From the NCBI RefSeq assembly GCF_009914755.1, contig NC_060930.1: a stretch of 64,000 bases of DNA; one strand, given 5' to 3'. This DNA comes from the human T2T-CHM13v2.0 reference genome, Homo sapiens. Of the stretch, positions 39,536 through 52,828 are shown piece by piece (positions within the stretch are counted from its first letter, which is position 1; every line of letters starts with the position of its first letter). The translations under genes were made by a program, and so were the position numbers. The notes under the pieces were generated by a model. That model was given only the letters and a program-made list of their open reading frames with translations, was not told where the DNA came from and did no database searches.

Positions 39536-42500
39536 TATACCTCATATATTCCAAACCCTTACAAATCAGTGGCTTTGGTGATAGTGTTGATGGTGAGAAT
39601 AACAATGTGATAAAGCCTTTATGCCCCACTTTTCAGATTTCCACGTGTTATGCGAGCGGAATACTTCAGTTCTCTCCATCCACCCATGGGAGCTACCTGC
39701 AACTTAGCTGATATACAAGAAGAAACTCGACTATTCAGCTCAATCTCTTCTTCCTTCCCTCTTTTGGGAGCTAACCTTCCTCCAAAAGATCGTTCTCATC
39801 TTCCCCATGCTATAAACATCCAGGACCAGGCCCCATGGAAGAGGCTGTGATTGTCATCCTGTCCCACTGAATAGTGGTAATTATGTTTAAGTAGGGGTGA
39901 GAATAATTAACCTCTTTTGACTGAATATTTAAAGCTACTCAATTTATCTTAAATGAACCTGGTATTATTTTGACTTGTGACTTGATTCTCAATCTGCTTT
40001 GAACTCAGAAGGAAAAGATAGGGAGGTTTATTAGCCTCCTGCATTCTAAAGTCATGGTGACTAATACTTCTATACTTGTTTTATTACATGTTGCATGCTT
40101 TTTATGGTGAACAAACAGAATGACCTTCCCTTATTAGAGACATTGTCTCAAGAGAGATGAAATCAGTCTTATCTTCAGCTACAGGACATATTTCACAATT
40201 ATATGGTTTTACATATATGCTATAGCTTAAAGGCTATCCATCTCTGTTTACAGGAACAATATACTATTTTTTTCAAAAAGTTTTGCCCCCAAATTCCTGT
40301 TACCTCTTACATTGGAAAATACGTTGGTAATGTATTTTTATACATGACATACTAGAAATTTTATCTAAATCCATTAAATTTACTATCCATTGTAATTTTA
40401 TTTATAGATTTATGTTTATAGATAGTATTGTTTTTGTGTATTTGTATAAAAGTATCTGGACAAAATTTTAAAAGAATAATGCATATCAACAGCAATTTAT
40501 TTATATTATCAGGAATAAATATTTTATAGATCTAAATATATCTTCCTAAAAACAAAAACATCCATAAATTATTTTATCTCCCATTCTTTTACCTCATGTT
40601 TTAAACTGGAAATAGAAATTGGCAATATTAGCTATCACTAGTTCAATTGTTGAAAATGAAATTTTTTATTGAGTCAGTAAAAAGTTTATTATCACAATAT
40701 TCAAAATCAAAATGTGGTGTTTCATTACAGCTGATAGTTCTGAAAGCTGGTTGTTGTTATTTCTTTCAAAAAAGCCTAGTAACAGAATCAACAGGAAGGT
40801 GGGGGATTGCATGACTAAAAATTCCTGTATGTTTGGGAATAGCACTCTTTGGCAAGTTTATTGGGTGACAGCTGATATACTGTAGGAAAAGACTCTCTGT
40901 GTGAAAATGCTATTTTGTTGCATCTTAATTTTCTTTCCTTGGATACAGTACAGCTCCAAGACTTGAATGGCTTGCTATTTAACAGTAAGTGCTGATGCTG
41001 AAAATTCAATATATTACTTTGGTGTAAATGATCGTATAGTAATCACTACTGATATCACCAACTTCCTTCTGAACAGATGCTAGGAAATGAATTTCCTCAA
41101 TTAAGATAGTAGAATGTTGAAATGCTCACTAAAAGTTAACATTCCAGATGTTCCAAGACTTTTAATTCCAGATTTTTTTTCATATAGATAGAGCTTCCTT
41201 ATGTTTCCCTGATGAATCAATGATGTTGATATGCTTCTGGATTCTGTGTAAATATACTTCATTTTGAGGGCTATGAAAATGTATATTTTCCATGTAATTC
41301 TCTTATCTTGATGGATTTATTTCAACTATGCTAGTTTTGAAGTTATTGTCTTCCCTGGAGTTGGATTATTTGTCTTTACAAGACTTACAATGCATAAAAC
41401 GAGGTATCTCCTGAGGAATTTAAGTGATATTTTCCTGAAGCTCATTTTCCTTAAGGTGAGGCTGAATGCCAAGTCAGAGAAGGAGAAGAATCTGAGTTCC
41501 ATTGCCATATCTTTTGTGTGGTTGTATTTCTTTATGTATACATATTAATAAACGTAAATATGAAATGTACTAAATTCTGTGATGTTTACAGTAAATGAGA
41601 ATCTCACTACTAGTATTTTCATAATTAGGAAATGTATGTACAAATTTGGGATGATGGAAGTAACAAATATCTCAGGCATACATAAATGCTGAGAGCTAAG
41701 CTGTATGACTTTTATATTTTTCCTTCCAGGGAAGCATGAGGCATGAGATGGAATGGAGATTGGCTGCAAATTTCATGTTATATCTGTTCTGTTCTATGCA
41801 GAAATAGATAGAACATTCTATGGTTCTATAAATACTTTCAATATTTCAAAAATGGGTAAGAATGAGTAAGAAAGAAACTTTGTGTGATGTCAATGAACCT
41901 GTATAAGGTGCAGATTTGTCACACCAAGACAATTACTAGAGAAAAGGTGTCTTTGCTGCTCTAAAAAGGTAGACTTGAGATTGACAAATGGCTCCATGTG
42001 CAAAAAGGAAGTAAATTCTCTTTGGAGAAGAAATTCCTCATGTGACTGTAAAGTGGTGCTAAAATATATTGGGCATGGGAAAGTAACTGGACAATTTATA
42101 CTTATCAATCTACCAATCATTTTAAATTGACATTCAACAAGTACATTTTAATTTTTAAAAGCTTTATCTACTAGTATTGTACCAGAAATTCTAGTATCAT
42201 TGCTACCTTCATTATCATAAACATTTCTTAAGATGCTTAAGATTATGCCTCCTAACATATGGTCAATAATTTAAGGCATTTGTATAACACCTTGGAATGC
42301 TAACATGTGTGATTGCTTACTCATGCAGTTCCTTTAAATCTATTAGACACACAGTAAAGGTACTTTAACGAATTCAAAGACAGAATTAGAAAAATCAGTG
42401 TACAGTGTAAATTACTGAACACTCACAGGAGCCACTGATCTTGGGTTAGTGGCCATAAAGTGACCTTGACAGAGCCATTTATGGCCATGGTTAAGGTGCA

Positions 42501-43232
42501 TAATTTAACCTCAAGTGACATCAGTGTCTCCATAAGCAATCCCTCATTCTCTTGTTGAGATTTTTTTTTAGTTGGCATGCTGTCAGACAAGTTCAAAGGA
42601 CACATTAGAGAGGTTCTGTAGTTACAATTTTTTCAGTTTAAATTCAGTTAAACATTATCTGTACAATCAAAGAAAGCCACTCCTTAGACCAAGAGCTAAA
42701 CTGTTGATCAGAATTCTGAAATTATACTAAAAAGTTTGCACTGGAGAATAATGATGTAACCTCCATCAGTGACACTGTATTTATTTGATGATAATGACTA
42801 AGGCAAAATTTGTAAGATTGCATAAATATTTTCCAATTCATTTTTATTTACAACTAAGCATAAACATACATAGCAGAACACTTTGTTCCATTTTTTACTT
42901 TCAAGAAATTATATAAAACTAATTGTTTTTAAAGGGTGGGTTAGGAGAACTTTTCAGTTAAAAACTACATTGAAAAGGCAGACTGGGAGCTACACAGGTC
43001 AGAAGCATCACAATAAGGACAATTTATCTGGGGACAATGGCTTTAGTGTCAATGCACCACTGACACATTGAACACTGGAATCACAAAACATTTTTGGATC
43101 TTCCACCTAATCTTTTTTCTATAATCTTGTCATGATAATTTTTTAGTTTCCCAGTTTGGACATTTAGAACTTTTCACTGAGTGCACTGAACATAAATTCA
43201 AAACTAATAAGTACCATACAGATGTGTTTTTA

Positions 43233-43314
43233 TTAGGTTAGTGCAAAAGTAATTGTTGGTTTTTTGCAATCATTTTCAATGGCCAAAACTGCAATTACAT
43301 TTGCCCAAACCTAA
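43233..43314. mobile_element. MADE1 (Hsmar1-derived MITE)
   Basis: ttaggttagtgcaaaagtaattg...caattacatttgcccaaacctaa, ~80-bp palindromic element, TA on the left flank. Confidence 0.92.
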
Positions 43315-44955
43315 CATAAGCTCATGGATTATCCTATGACTCACATCTATCTTCCCTTACTCCACTCACTGTAGCTTCAAGCCAAGTACAATTTTCCACC
43401 TGGATATCATTACATACTTGAAATAGAACTATGAAGATTGTATGATTATCATAGCCTAATGTGTCAAGTGCATTACACATGTTCTCAAAATGTTGCCATG
43501 ACTTGCAACTGCCATTAATAAAGTTAAACAAAATAAACGGGTAAAACAGTTTAGTATTCCTACTAATCATTTTACCACACTTCAACTCACAACACACATT
43601 ATCTCTGTGTATATTCTATTGTCTTCTCCATTCACATTCTGTCTTGGGGAGCTCTGTTCCTGTAATATGGTTTCTTTGTATATTCTGAATCATATGCCTT
43701 AGAACTTACTCTTTTTGTTATATTTGTAAACATTTTAAATATATTAATTATACTTACTCAAAGTTAAAATAACTCAGAGTTAAAAAAATACCTGTTCATA
43801 TTTGGCCCAAATTAGAGAATTCCCCAAAATGTTATGTAATTTATTTATAATGAAATCTTATATTTATCTAGTGTTTTCAAATCACTTTCTTATATATTAG
43901 GTAACTGGAGATTTATAATGACCCAGTGAAAAGTAGAGAAGCAATTATCATTTCTGTTTTAAATATGAAGAAATTCTGTCTTAAATGATGCCATCCAAGA
44001 CTTTATACATTCTAACCCCAAACGATCTTGTGTGAGTTTTCAAAAACTTACAAGACTTGTAAAAATTATAGTTAGTCCTTGATAAGCACTAGAAAAATAA
44101 GGATTGGAATGGCCAGTATTTTTGAAATTTCCCCCATCTCTGCTTGTTACATGCAGTGATATACATGCTGACTCAGAACCATCTAAACTGAAAAAGGTAA
44201 ATTGAAATTTAGGAAAATCGCTATATTTTTTTAAATTGTGTAAGACTTTATATTGCTAGCATTTTGACATAGCTGCTCCCTTCAGCCACAGACTGAAAAA
44301 GCAGGCTACTAGAACAATTAAGTATAGCTCTCTGAAACAAAGTTGTAAAAATATAAAAAATGAAGATCTCTTTTCATATTCATGAAATTCATTTTTCTGC
44401 GGGAAAATAAAAAGCACATGACCCACCCATGCTCTAGAAATCAAAACAATTTGCTGACACTGTTGGAGAGAGATAGTGCCACGACCTCTCTGCCTACTTA
44501 GAAGATACAAGTGCAGCTTGAGAGAGAACAAATTTAAAGGCTGACTCAGAAAGAGTGAGGGGAAGGGCATGGGCCCCAGGCAAATAAACCTAAACAAGAT
44601 ATCACAGTTAACTTTGCAGCTAGCAGAGAGAAGAGAAAGCTGTAAGTAACTTAAAGAAGACCTATGACAAGTTTCTAGACTGAAAAAAAGAGACCAGAAA
44701 AGGAAACAGATGGTGATACAAACATGACAAGTGAATAAACAAGACATCAGGACAATGTTGCCACAAAATCAAGGTCTCTCAAATAGTAACAGAGAAATAT
44801 TCTGGCAGAGGGAGGCTCCACAGGCATCTCAGAGTGCCACAAGGCATAACACTGAGAAATATGCTTCAGTAGTATGTCATTGTTTCCAGAAGCACCTGCC
44901 AAGGTCTGGGACTGTCTTGGTTTTTTCTACATTCTGATAACTCAGTCAATAGGGA

Positions 44956-46615
44956 TGTGTGTGAATGTGTGTGTCTCTGTGTGTATGCCTGCATAGAAAT
45001 GTGTGTGTGTCTACATATACACATATATATACATATACATACATATATACATATATGTATAGATAGATATACATATGCATGCATACATATATACGTATGT
45101 ATGCATGCATACATATATACGTATGTATGCATGCATACATATATACGTATGTATGCATGCATACATATATACGTATGTATGCATGCATACATATATACGT
45201 ATGTATGCATGCATACATATATACGTATGTATGCATGCATACATATATACGTATGTATGTATGTATACGTATGTGTATATACACATGCGTATGTATGTAT
45301 GCATAATATATATGAATATATACACATACATACGTATGTATACATATATATGTATATATACACATACATACGTATGTATACATATATATGTATATATACA
45401 CATACATACGTATGTAGACATATTTATGTATATATACACATACATACTTATGTATACATATATATGTATATATACACATACATACTTATGTATACATACA
45501 TATGTGTATATACACATGCATACTTATGTATACATACATATGTGTATATACACATGCATACTTATGTATACATACATATGTGTATATACACATGCATACG
45601 TATGTATACATACATATGTGTATATACACATGCATATGTATGTATACATACATATGTGTATATACACATGCATATGTATACATATGCATGTGTATATACA
45701 CATACATATGTGTATATATGTATATATACACATACATATGTGTGTATATATATGTATATATACACATACATATGTGTGTATACATATATATGTATATATA
45801 CACATACATATGTGTGCATACATATATATGTATACACATACATATGTATGTGTATACATATATATGTATATATACGCATACATATGTATGTGTATACATA
45901 TATATAGACATACATATGTATGTATACACACATACATATATACATACATGTATGTATACATATATGTATGCATACACATATACGTGTGTATGTATGCATA
46001 CATATATGTATATATACACATATGTGTATATATGTATACATATGTATATACACATACGTGTGTATGTATGTATACATATGTGTATATACACATACGTTTG
46101 TATGTATACATATATATGTATACATATGTGTATATATACACATACGTATGTATGTATACATATATATGTATACATATACGTGTAAATATACTCATACGTA
46201 TGTATGTATACATATATATGTATACATATACGTGTATATATACACATATGTATGTATACATATATATGTATACATATACGTGTATATATACACATACGTA
46301 TGTGTATGTATACATATGTGTATATATACACATACGTATGTGTATGTATACATATGTGTATATATACACATACGTATGTGTATGTATACGTATGTGTATA
46401 TATACATATGTGTATATATACACATACGTATGTATGTATACATGTGTATATATACACATATGTATGTATGTATACATGTGTGTATATACACGTATGTATG
46501 TATGCATACATGTGTGTATATACACGTATGTATGTATGCATATATGTGTATATGTACACATATGTATGTATACATATATGTGTATATGTACACATATGTA
46601 TGTATACATATATAG
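44956..46615. repeat. 1.66-kb alternating purine-pyrimidine (TA/CA/TG/CG) compound VNTR
   Basis: 7 perfect 26-bp units at 45077-45258, ~9 38-bp units at 45323-45665, then degenerate variants. Confidence 0.97.
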
Positions 46616-46654
46616 ACACTCAGAGAGAGAGGCAGACAGAGAGAGAGAATGTAA

Positions 46655-46865
46655 CCACTGGCATTTACTAAGTATTTTTAAGTGCCAATCATGTATTTCA
46701 ATGCTCAGAAAGATCCTATGAGGTCAGCACTATAATTATCTCATTTTCTTCTTATTCAATTTTAGATTATGAAGCTGAGACACAAATAAGTTAACTTTGC
46801 CCATAGCTACAGCTAGTAAGCAAAGGAGCAAGAATTTGAATGCAAGAAGTCTAGCTATAGATCTC
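46655..46865 (-). mobile_element. MIR
   Basis: catttactaagta...atcctatgaggt...attatctcatttt...gaagctgagacaca...gttaactttgccca...acagctagtaag...gaatttgaa. Confidence 0.8.
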
Positions 46866-46874
46866 ATACGTATT

Positions 46875-47109
<235 letters not shown>

Positions 47110-47787
47110 TTATGTTCAAAGCATAGCACACCAGTATATGTAATTATTTTCCAGCATATGTAATTCTGATTCTTGTGAACCAATGTTATTGACTTGGTTT
47201 TTCTGTGCACCATCAACTAGCACACTTAAAAGACATCATAGGGGGTAAACTGATAAACATCTCATGATTCACTGACAAAATTGAAGACAAAACATTTTTT
47301 TCTCTTTGATTTCATGAGACACAGTTGTAGTGCTTCATTAGGTCATCTCAAACACCTTCAGCCAGTACATCTTTTTTTACTTCTCCAGGATACTAACCAT
47401 TACAGCCACTGTCAGAGCCACAGTGAGCACTCAGGAAACAAATCACAGAACACCACCAATCTCCCTTCCCTCCCTCTTCACCTATACACAGAGAAAAGGC
47501 CACAAGGGGTTAATCAGTCTAGTGTTTAAAAAATGAGACCAGGTAAATTCTCCATTCTCTGCACACCCCTATATTCTTGGCCACTGAACAAAGTTAAACT
47601 CCACCAATCTTTCTGGCTTCTCCACATACCAAGCTATGTGACCCAGACCCAAAACACAAAAAGTATCTGTGCCTTAAACACGTTTTAAAATGCAAACAAA
47701 TAATATCTCATTTGATTTTTTTAAGGTCTGAGTTAAGTCGCTTAGAATAGCACCTTATGCATAGCAAACATTCCATAGTTATTGGTT

Positions 47788-47789
<2 letters not shown>

Positions 47790-47834
<45 letters not shown>
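47790..47834. repeat. (CAT)15 microsatellite abutting the LTR
   Basis: Direct count. Confidence 0.95.
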
Positions 47835-47835
<1 letters not shown>

Positions 47836-48922
47836 TGTTGTGGGAAGTCAGGGACCCCGAACGGAGGAACCAGCTGAAGCCGTGGCAGAAGAATATAAAT
47901 TGTGAAGATTTCATGAACATTTATTAGTTCCCCAAATTAATACTTTTATAATTTCTTACACCTTTCTTTACTGCAATCTCTGAACATAAATTGTGAAGAT
48001 TTCATGGACACTTATCACTTCCCCAATCAATACCCTTGTGGTTTCCTATGCCTGTCCTTACTTTAATCTCTTAATCCTGTCATCTTTGTAAGCTGAGGAG
48101 GATGTATGTCACCTCAGGACCCTGTGATGGTTGCGTTAACTGCACAAATTGTAGAGCATGTGTGTTTGAACAATATGAAATCTGGGCACATTGATAAAAG
48201 AACAGGATAACAGCAATGTTCAGGGAACAAGGGAGATAACCTTAAACTCTTGACTGCCGGTGAGCCAGGTGGAACAGAGCCATATTTCTCTTCTTTCAAA
48301 AGTAAATGGGAGAAATATTGCTGAATTCTTTTTCTCAGCAAGGAACAACCCTGAGAAAGAGAATGCGTCCCTGAGGGGAGGTCTCTAAAATGGCTGCTTT
48401 GGGGGGTGGCTGTCTTTTACGGTCATAGCTGTGGGACGAAATAAGCCCCGGTCTCCCGTAGTGCTCCCAGGCTCATTAGGACGAGGAAATTCCTGCCTAA
48501 TAATTTTTGGTCAGACTGGTTGTCTGCTCTCAAACCCTGTCTCCTGATAAGATGTTATCAATGACAATGTGTGCCTGAAACTTCATTAGCAATTCTAATT
48601 TTGCCCCAGTCCTATGGTCCTGTGATCTCACCCTGCCTCCATTTACCTTGTGATATCTTATTACCTTGTGAGACATGTGATCTCTGTGACCAACACCCTA
48701 TTCATACACTCCCTCCCCTTTTGAAAATCACTAATAAAAACTTGCTGGTTTTACTGCTCAGGGAGCATCATGGAACCTGCTGACATGTGATGTTTCCCCG
48801 GACACCCAGCTTTAAAATTTTCTCTCTTTTGTACTCTGTCCCTTTATTTCTCAGACTGGCCAACACTTAGGGAAAATAGAAAAGAACCTACATGAAATAT
48901 CAGGGGTGAATTTTGCCCTATA
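47836..48922 (+). mobile_element. MER11 solo LTR (HERV-K11 / HML-8)
   Basis: Start tgttgtgggaagtcagggacccc.aacggagg; internal direct repeat ataaattgtgaagatttcatg; AATAAA 48733-48738; end gaaatatcaggggtgaattttgccctata; 6-bp TSD atcatc on both sides. Confidence 0.93.
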
Positions 48923-48939
48923 ATCATCATTATTATAAT

Positions 48940-50075
48940 TCACTTTTATCCCCTATTCTCAATCATAAAGTTCTGATTGACCTAGTCTCTAATCCAGCAA
49001 CTGATTTCTCTATTGACATCAAAACCATTTCCCTCTGTTCTCTGTACTCCCATTCTATCGTTTAACAGAAGACACACAGAACAATATCCCTTCTATTCTT
49101 AATTTCTTTGTGGACACAATTTCCATTTTCTTAACTGAAGCCTGGCTTCTTTGCAGTCTAGTTAGTACATGCTGTTTCTGCATATCCTGTATCTGTCAGG
49201 GTCAAGAAGAAGAGGAGTAGGTTCCCCTCTCCTCATCAATGTTGCTTCCATATAATTACTTTCCTGTTTTGGGGATAAAAATGCCCACACCCTTGAAGAG
49301 AAAGCCATTTGGCCACCCTTCATGCTGTTGTCTGTAAGCTGCCTGGATGTAATTTCATTCATTTGTGATTGTAAAATTTGGTTTATTCTAACAAACTATT
49401 CATTGATATAATAATTTTCCTCTCACCAACAGTGATATTTCTCTGTATTCCACTTCAGTGATCCATTGTAATCATCACACCCTTGAATTTGCATCACTCG
49501 GAATTGTTTCACTTCTTAAATATTTACTTTTGAACACCATGAGCCTTGTTTACAGAATTGTGCCAACTCTGTCTTAAATATTCTTACTTTACAGAACCTG
49601 ATCTTACATAAAATACTCTATTTCACCTAATGTCTTATTTTTTGCTGTAGCCCTCCTGTCTTCTGTCTTTATTCTCTGCTCTGTTGAGCTTTGACCCTTT
49701 GATCTATAACTCAATCTGTGCCCTTGACAATGCCTTCAGTTCTCTGGGCTCCTCATTCCTACATCAAACAAGCCTGACATAAACCCACTCTGAGTCAATC
49801 CAAATCTCTGTTGCTTAGTATCCATACTTAGATTGCTGTGGTCAGTGAGAGGGACAGACAATGCTGCAGAACAATGCACTTCAGTATCAATGGTGCCACT
49901 ACAACCTCAACTGGTGTCACTTCAACAACGTCTGTTCTTCAAATGTTTTTGTGTTTGCCTAGTTTCTTCTATTGTCCACAATGTTTAAACATTTTACACA
50001 TCTTTCCCGGTTTCCAGCCCAGTTTCTCTGCCTTCACAATCAGCAGATAACATTGCCTTCTACTTCACAGGGAGT
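48940..50075 (+). mobile_element. L2 internal (ORF) fragment
   Basis: Pyrimidine-rich L2-like: taactgaagcctggct, tcacacccttgaatttg, cagcagataacattgccttctacttcacag. Confidence 0.6.
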
Positions 50076-52060
50076 TATTGGATGAGATTGTTAAGAATAG
50101 AAAATATTGATTTAGGTTAAAAATATAAGGGCATACTCTTAGTTACCACATCACTTGCCCCCTGTATTTACAACACAAGTAAATCAAGTCTGGTAGCTCT
50201 TAATAAAGTCAGAGAAGAAATTAAATGGAACAACACACACATTTCAGCCAGATTTCTTTTGGCATTAACAGGCAGTAAAATGATCCACCACACACTGCCA
50301 AGCTGCAGAATTTTGTAGACCAGTTCTGAAATGTAGTATGTAGTTTGTGGTAACCATCTGCTGAAATCTCTTTACTTCCTGTCATTCGGCTCACATGAAA
50401 TTAAAATATCGATAGAAACAATTTCTGCAGGGAAATTGGAAAAGTTAATAGGTAAGTCAATTAAGAGTTTCATGAGATTATATAGTCTTGTTTCTTGATA
50501 CTTCTACTATTCTTAATTATATAACAAGACTAAGAATAGAATATAAAATGCAATAGAAAGTAGACTCTGCCAAGTACAAGCAAAATATGTACTTATGGGT
50601 TAAGTTATGGGTTAGGTAGAATGCAATACGATATTAGATTCACAACAAAGTTAAGTCTGCATTCACTGGCAGCCATATTCATAGAAAATTTCTAATAACA
50701 AAGTAAATCTTAGCTCTACAATAAGATATTAAATATGCTTAAATGCTTCTGTTAGAAATTCTTGGCTCCCTGCCTCTGTGCTCCTAAATTCTAGCTAGGT
50801 ATATGTTTTTCCTTTTCAACGGACTCAAGGCTTGGTTCTGATTTCATTTAGAAAAATAAATAATTAAGAATCTTCTGTTTCAGAAAACATTTCATCACTA
50901 TCAAGACTAGTCGATGAAATGTAAAGTTTAGAATTTGTGCTTAATATCTTGTCCCTTCTCGCCAAATATTTCCCTGTACTTTTCAGGCACCTTGCTTGGC
51001 TTCACAGCTCTCTGTGATGATCCCCAGGGCTCAGAAAGTACTCACCTTAAAACCCCCTATTAATGTATTTTCTGTTTGAGCTAATCTGCACCATACAACC
51101 TGCTTCTCCACCTGGGCTTATAGTACCTATTCTCTTGTCCTTAATCTAGTAATCTGTCTCTTTCTACTCATATTGAGACAAGTAGCAAAAACTGCCCAAT
51201 TCTAAGAAAGATTTATTTTAAAAAAATCATGAGCCCTGAACCTTTTGGAGCAGTTACAAATAAGAGTGTTAAATATTTTTCTAATGTATATTTTTAAAGC
51301 AACATAGGAAAAAATTGCATCTAATTGGTGCAGGGGGAATTTTACACTCAACTAACCAATTATTAACTATCACAATTATGTATGACTGCAATAATGTGGT
51401 GAAATAAAGTGAAATATTTCAGAAGCAATAAACATATTGATCCTTAGATCAATAAAAACATGACTAGCTTATAGGGATGGGTTTTATAGCACAAGCACAA
51501 AAGTCCACATTTGTAACATTTCAACAAAAAGCAGAATGCCTCCATTAACAAAACTCGAAATTCAGTTACAGATAAATTATTCTAAGCATTTTAACAAATT
51601 TCCTGCATGAAAATGATCAATTTTTCTTCCTATACATAAATTTATTTTTGATAGACATTATGTACATTTGAGAACAAATTTTAAGATTAAAGGCTTAATC
51701 TTCATGAGGTAAAGAGTAGAAGAATTCCAATGAGGTATCTCGTTCAGGGTAAGATGAAATGAGCACACTCTGCAATGTTTTACCCACTGAGTGCATGAAG
51801 CAGTTATTTGAAGACACTAAAAAGTAAAGAGCATCATGCAGATTGGGGAGTAGAAATCAGAATTTATAATACAATTGAAGTAGTGTTCAGTTTATCACTT
51901 TCTTCCCTGCCTTTTTTCCCTGGCCCAGACTGAAGTCAGTCCACAGCTTAGAAGTGAGACTTGTATGGATAAAGAGAAACTTGAGAGAAATTTTCCTTAT
52001 GAGATCCCAAGAAAGTGAGCATTATATATCCTATGTTGCAACAATAGCTTTACAATAAAC

Positions 52061-52828
52061 TTTCATTCATTGATTAAGCCAACAATTATTCACTGAGTGC
52101 TTACTATTGCCAGGGATTTTTCTTATCTCTAATGATAGTCAATGAATAAAACATCCAATAAAAAAATGGATTGTACATTCTAGTAGGGGAGAATGTAATA
52201 GATAATAAACAACAGCAATAATTAAGCTTCTTGTAAGGTGGTTTAGAAGGTGATGAGTGTGAAAGAAGGAAAGAAGGGAAGAAAGAAAAAGAAAGAAAGA
52301 AAAGAGAAAGAAGGAAGAGAGAGAGAGAAAGAAAGAAAGAGAAAAAAAGAGATGGAGGAAGGAAGGAAGGAAGGAAAGAGACAGTACTACAGGGCAAGGG
52401 GAATGAGGAGTGCTGGCAAGGGGAGCAAGATGTTTTAAGTAGGGTTGTTGGAAAGGCCTCATTTGAAAGAATGACATTTGAACAAAGATTTGAAAAGGCT
52501 GAAGTGCTGAAATGGAGACTTGTGGGGAGGCTTTCACACTGAGGGTTCGCTCAAAGACCCTAAGGAGAGAGCAAGCCTGACTTGCGCATGGGTACAGTGA
52601 AAAGGTTAGAGTGACCAGAGGGAAAAAAGGGAAGACCACGGCACATGAGGTCAAAGAGAAGTTGCTGGGTGGGCAAAATCATACAGGGCCTTGAAGGCCA
52701 TTATAAATTCTATAGCTTTCACTCAGCATGAAGCAGAGAGCCAGTGCTGGACTTTAAGAACAGGACTGACATGATCTGGATTACAGTTTAAACGGGATCA
52801 TTCTGGCAGCTGTGTTTAAAATAGACTA
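52061..52828 (-). mobile_element. L2a 3' portion with internal GA-rich expansion (52259-52380)
   Basis: ttcattcatt...ctgagtgcttacta; acattctagtagggga; ggaaaggcctc...tgacatttgaacaaaga; tgacatgatctg; ggatcattctggcagctgtg. Confidence 0.85.

Noticed and set aside
45077-45665. Regularly spaced 26- and 38-bp repeats as a CRISPR-like array
   Set aside because: Head-to-tail tandem units with no unique spacers, no cas genes, and a primate genomic context.
44866-46721. Stack of long ORFs (up to 548 aa) in multiple frames on both strands
   Set aside because: Strict purine-pyrimidine alternation cannot spell TAA, TAG or TGA, so all frames stay open; the Y/I/H/T/C/V/M peptides are repeat artefacts.
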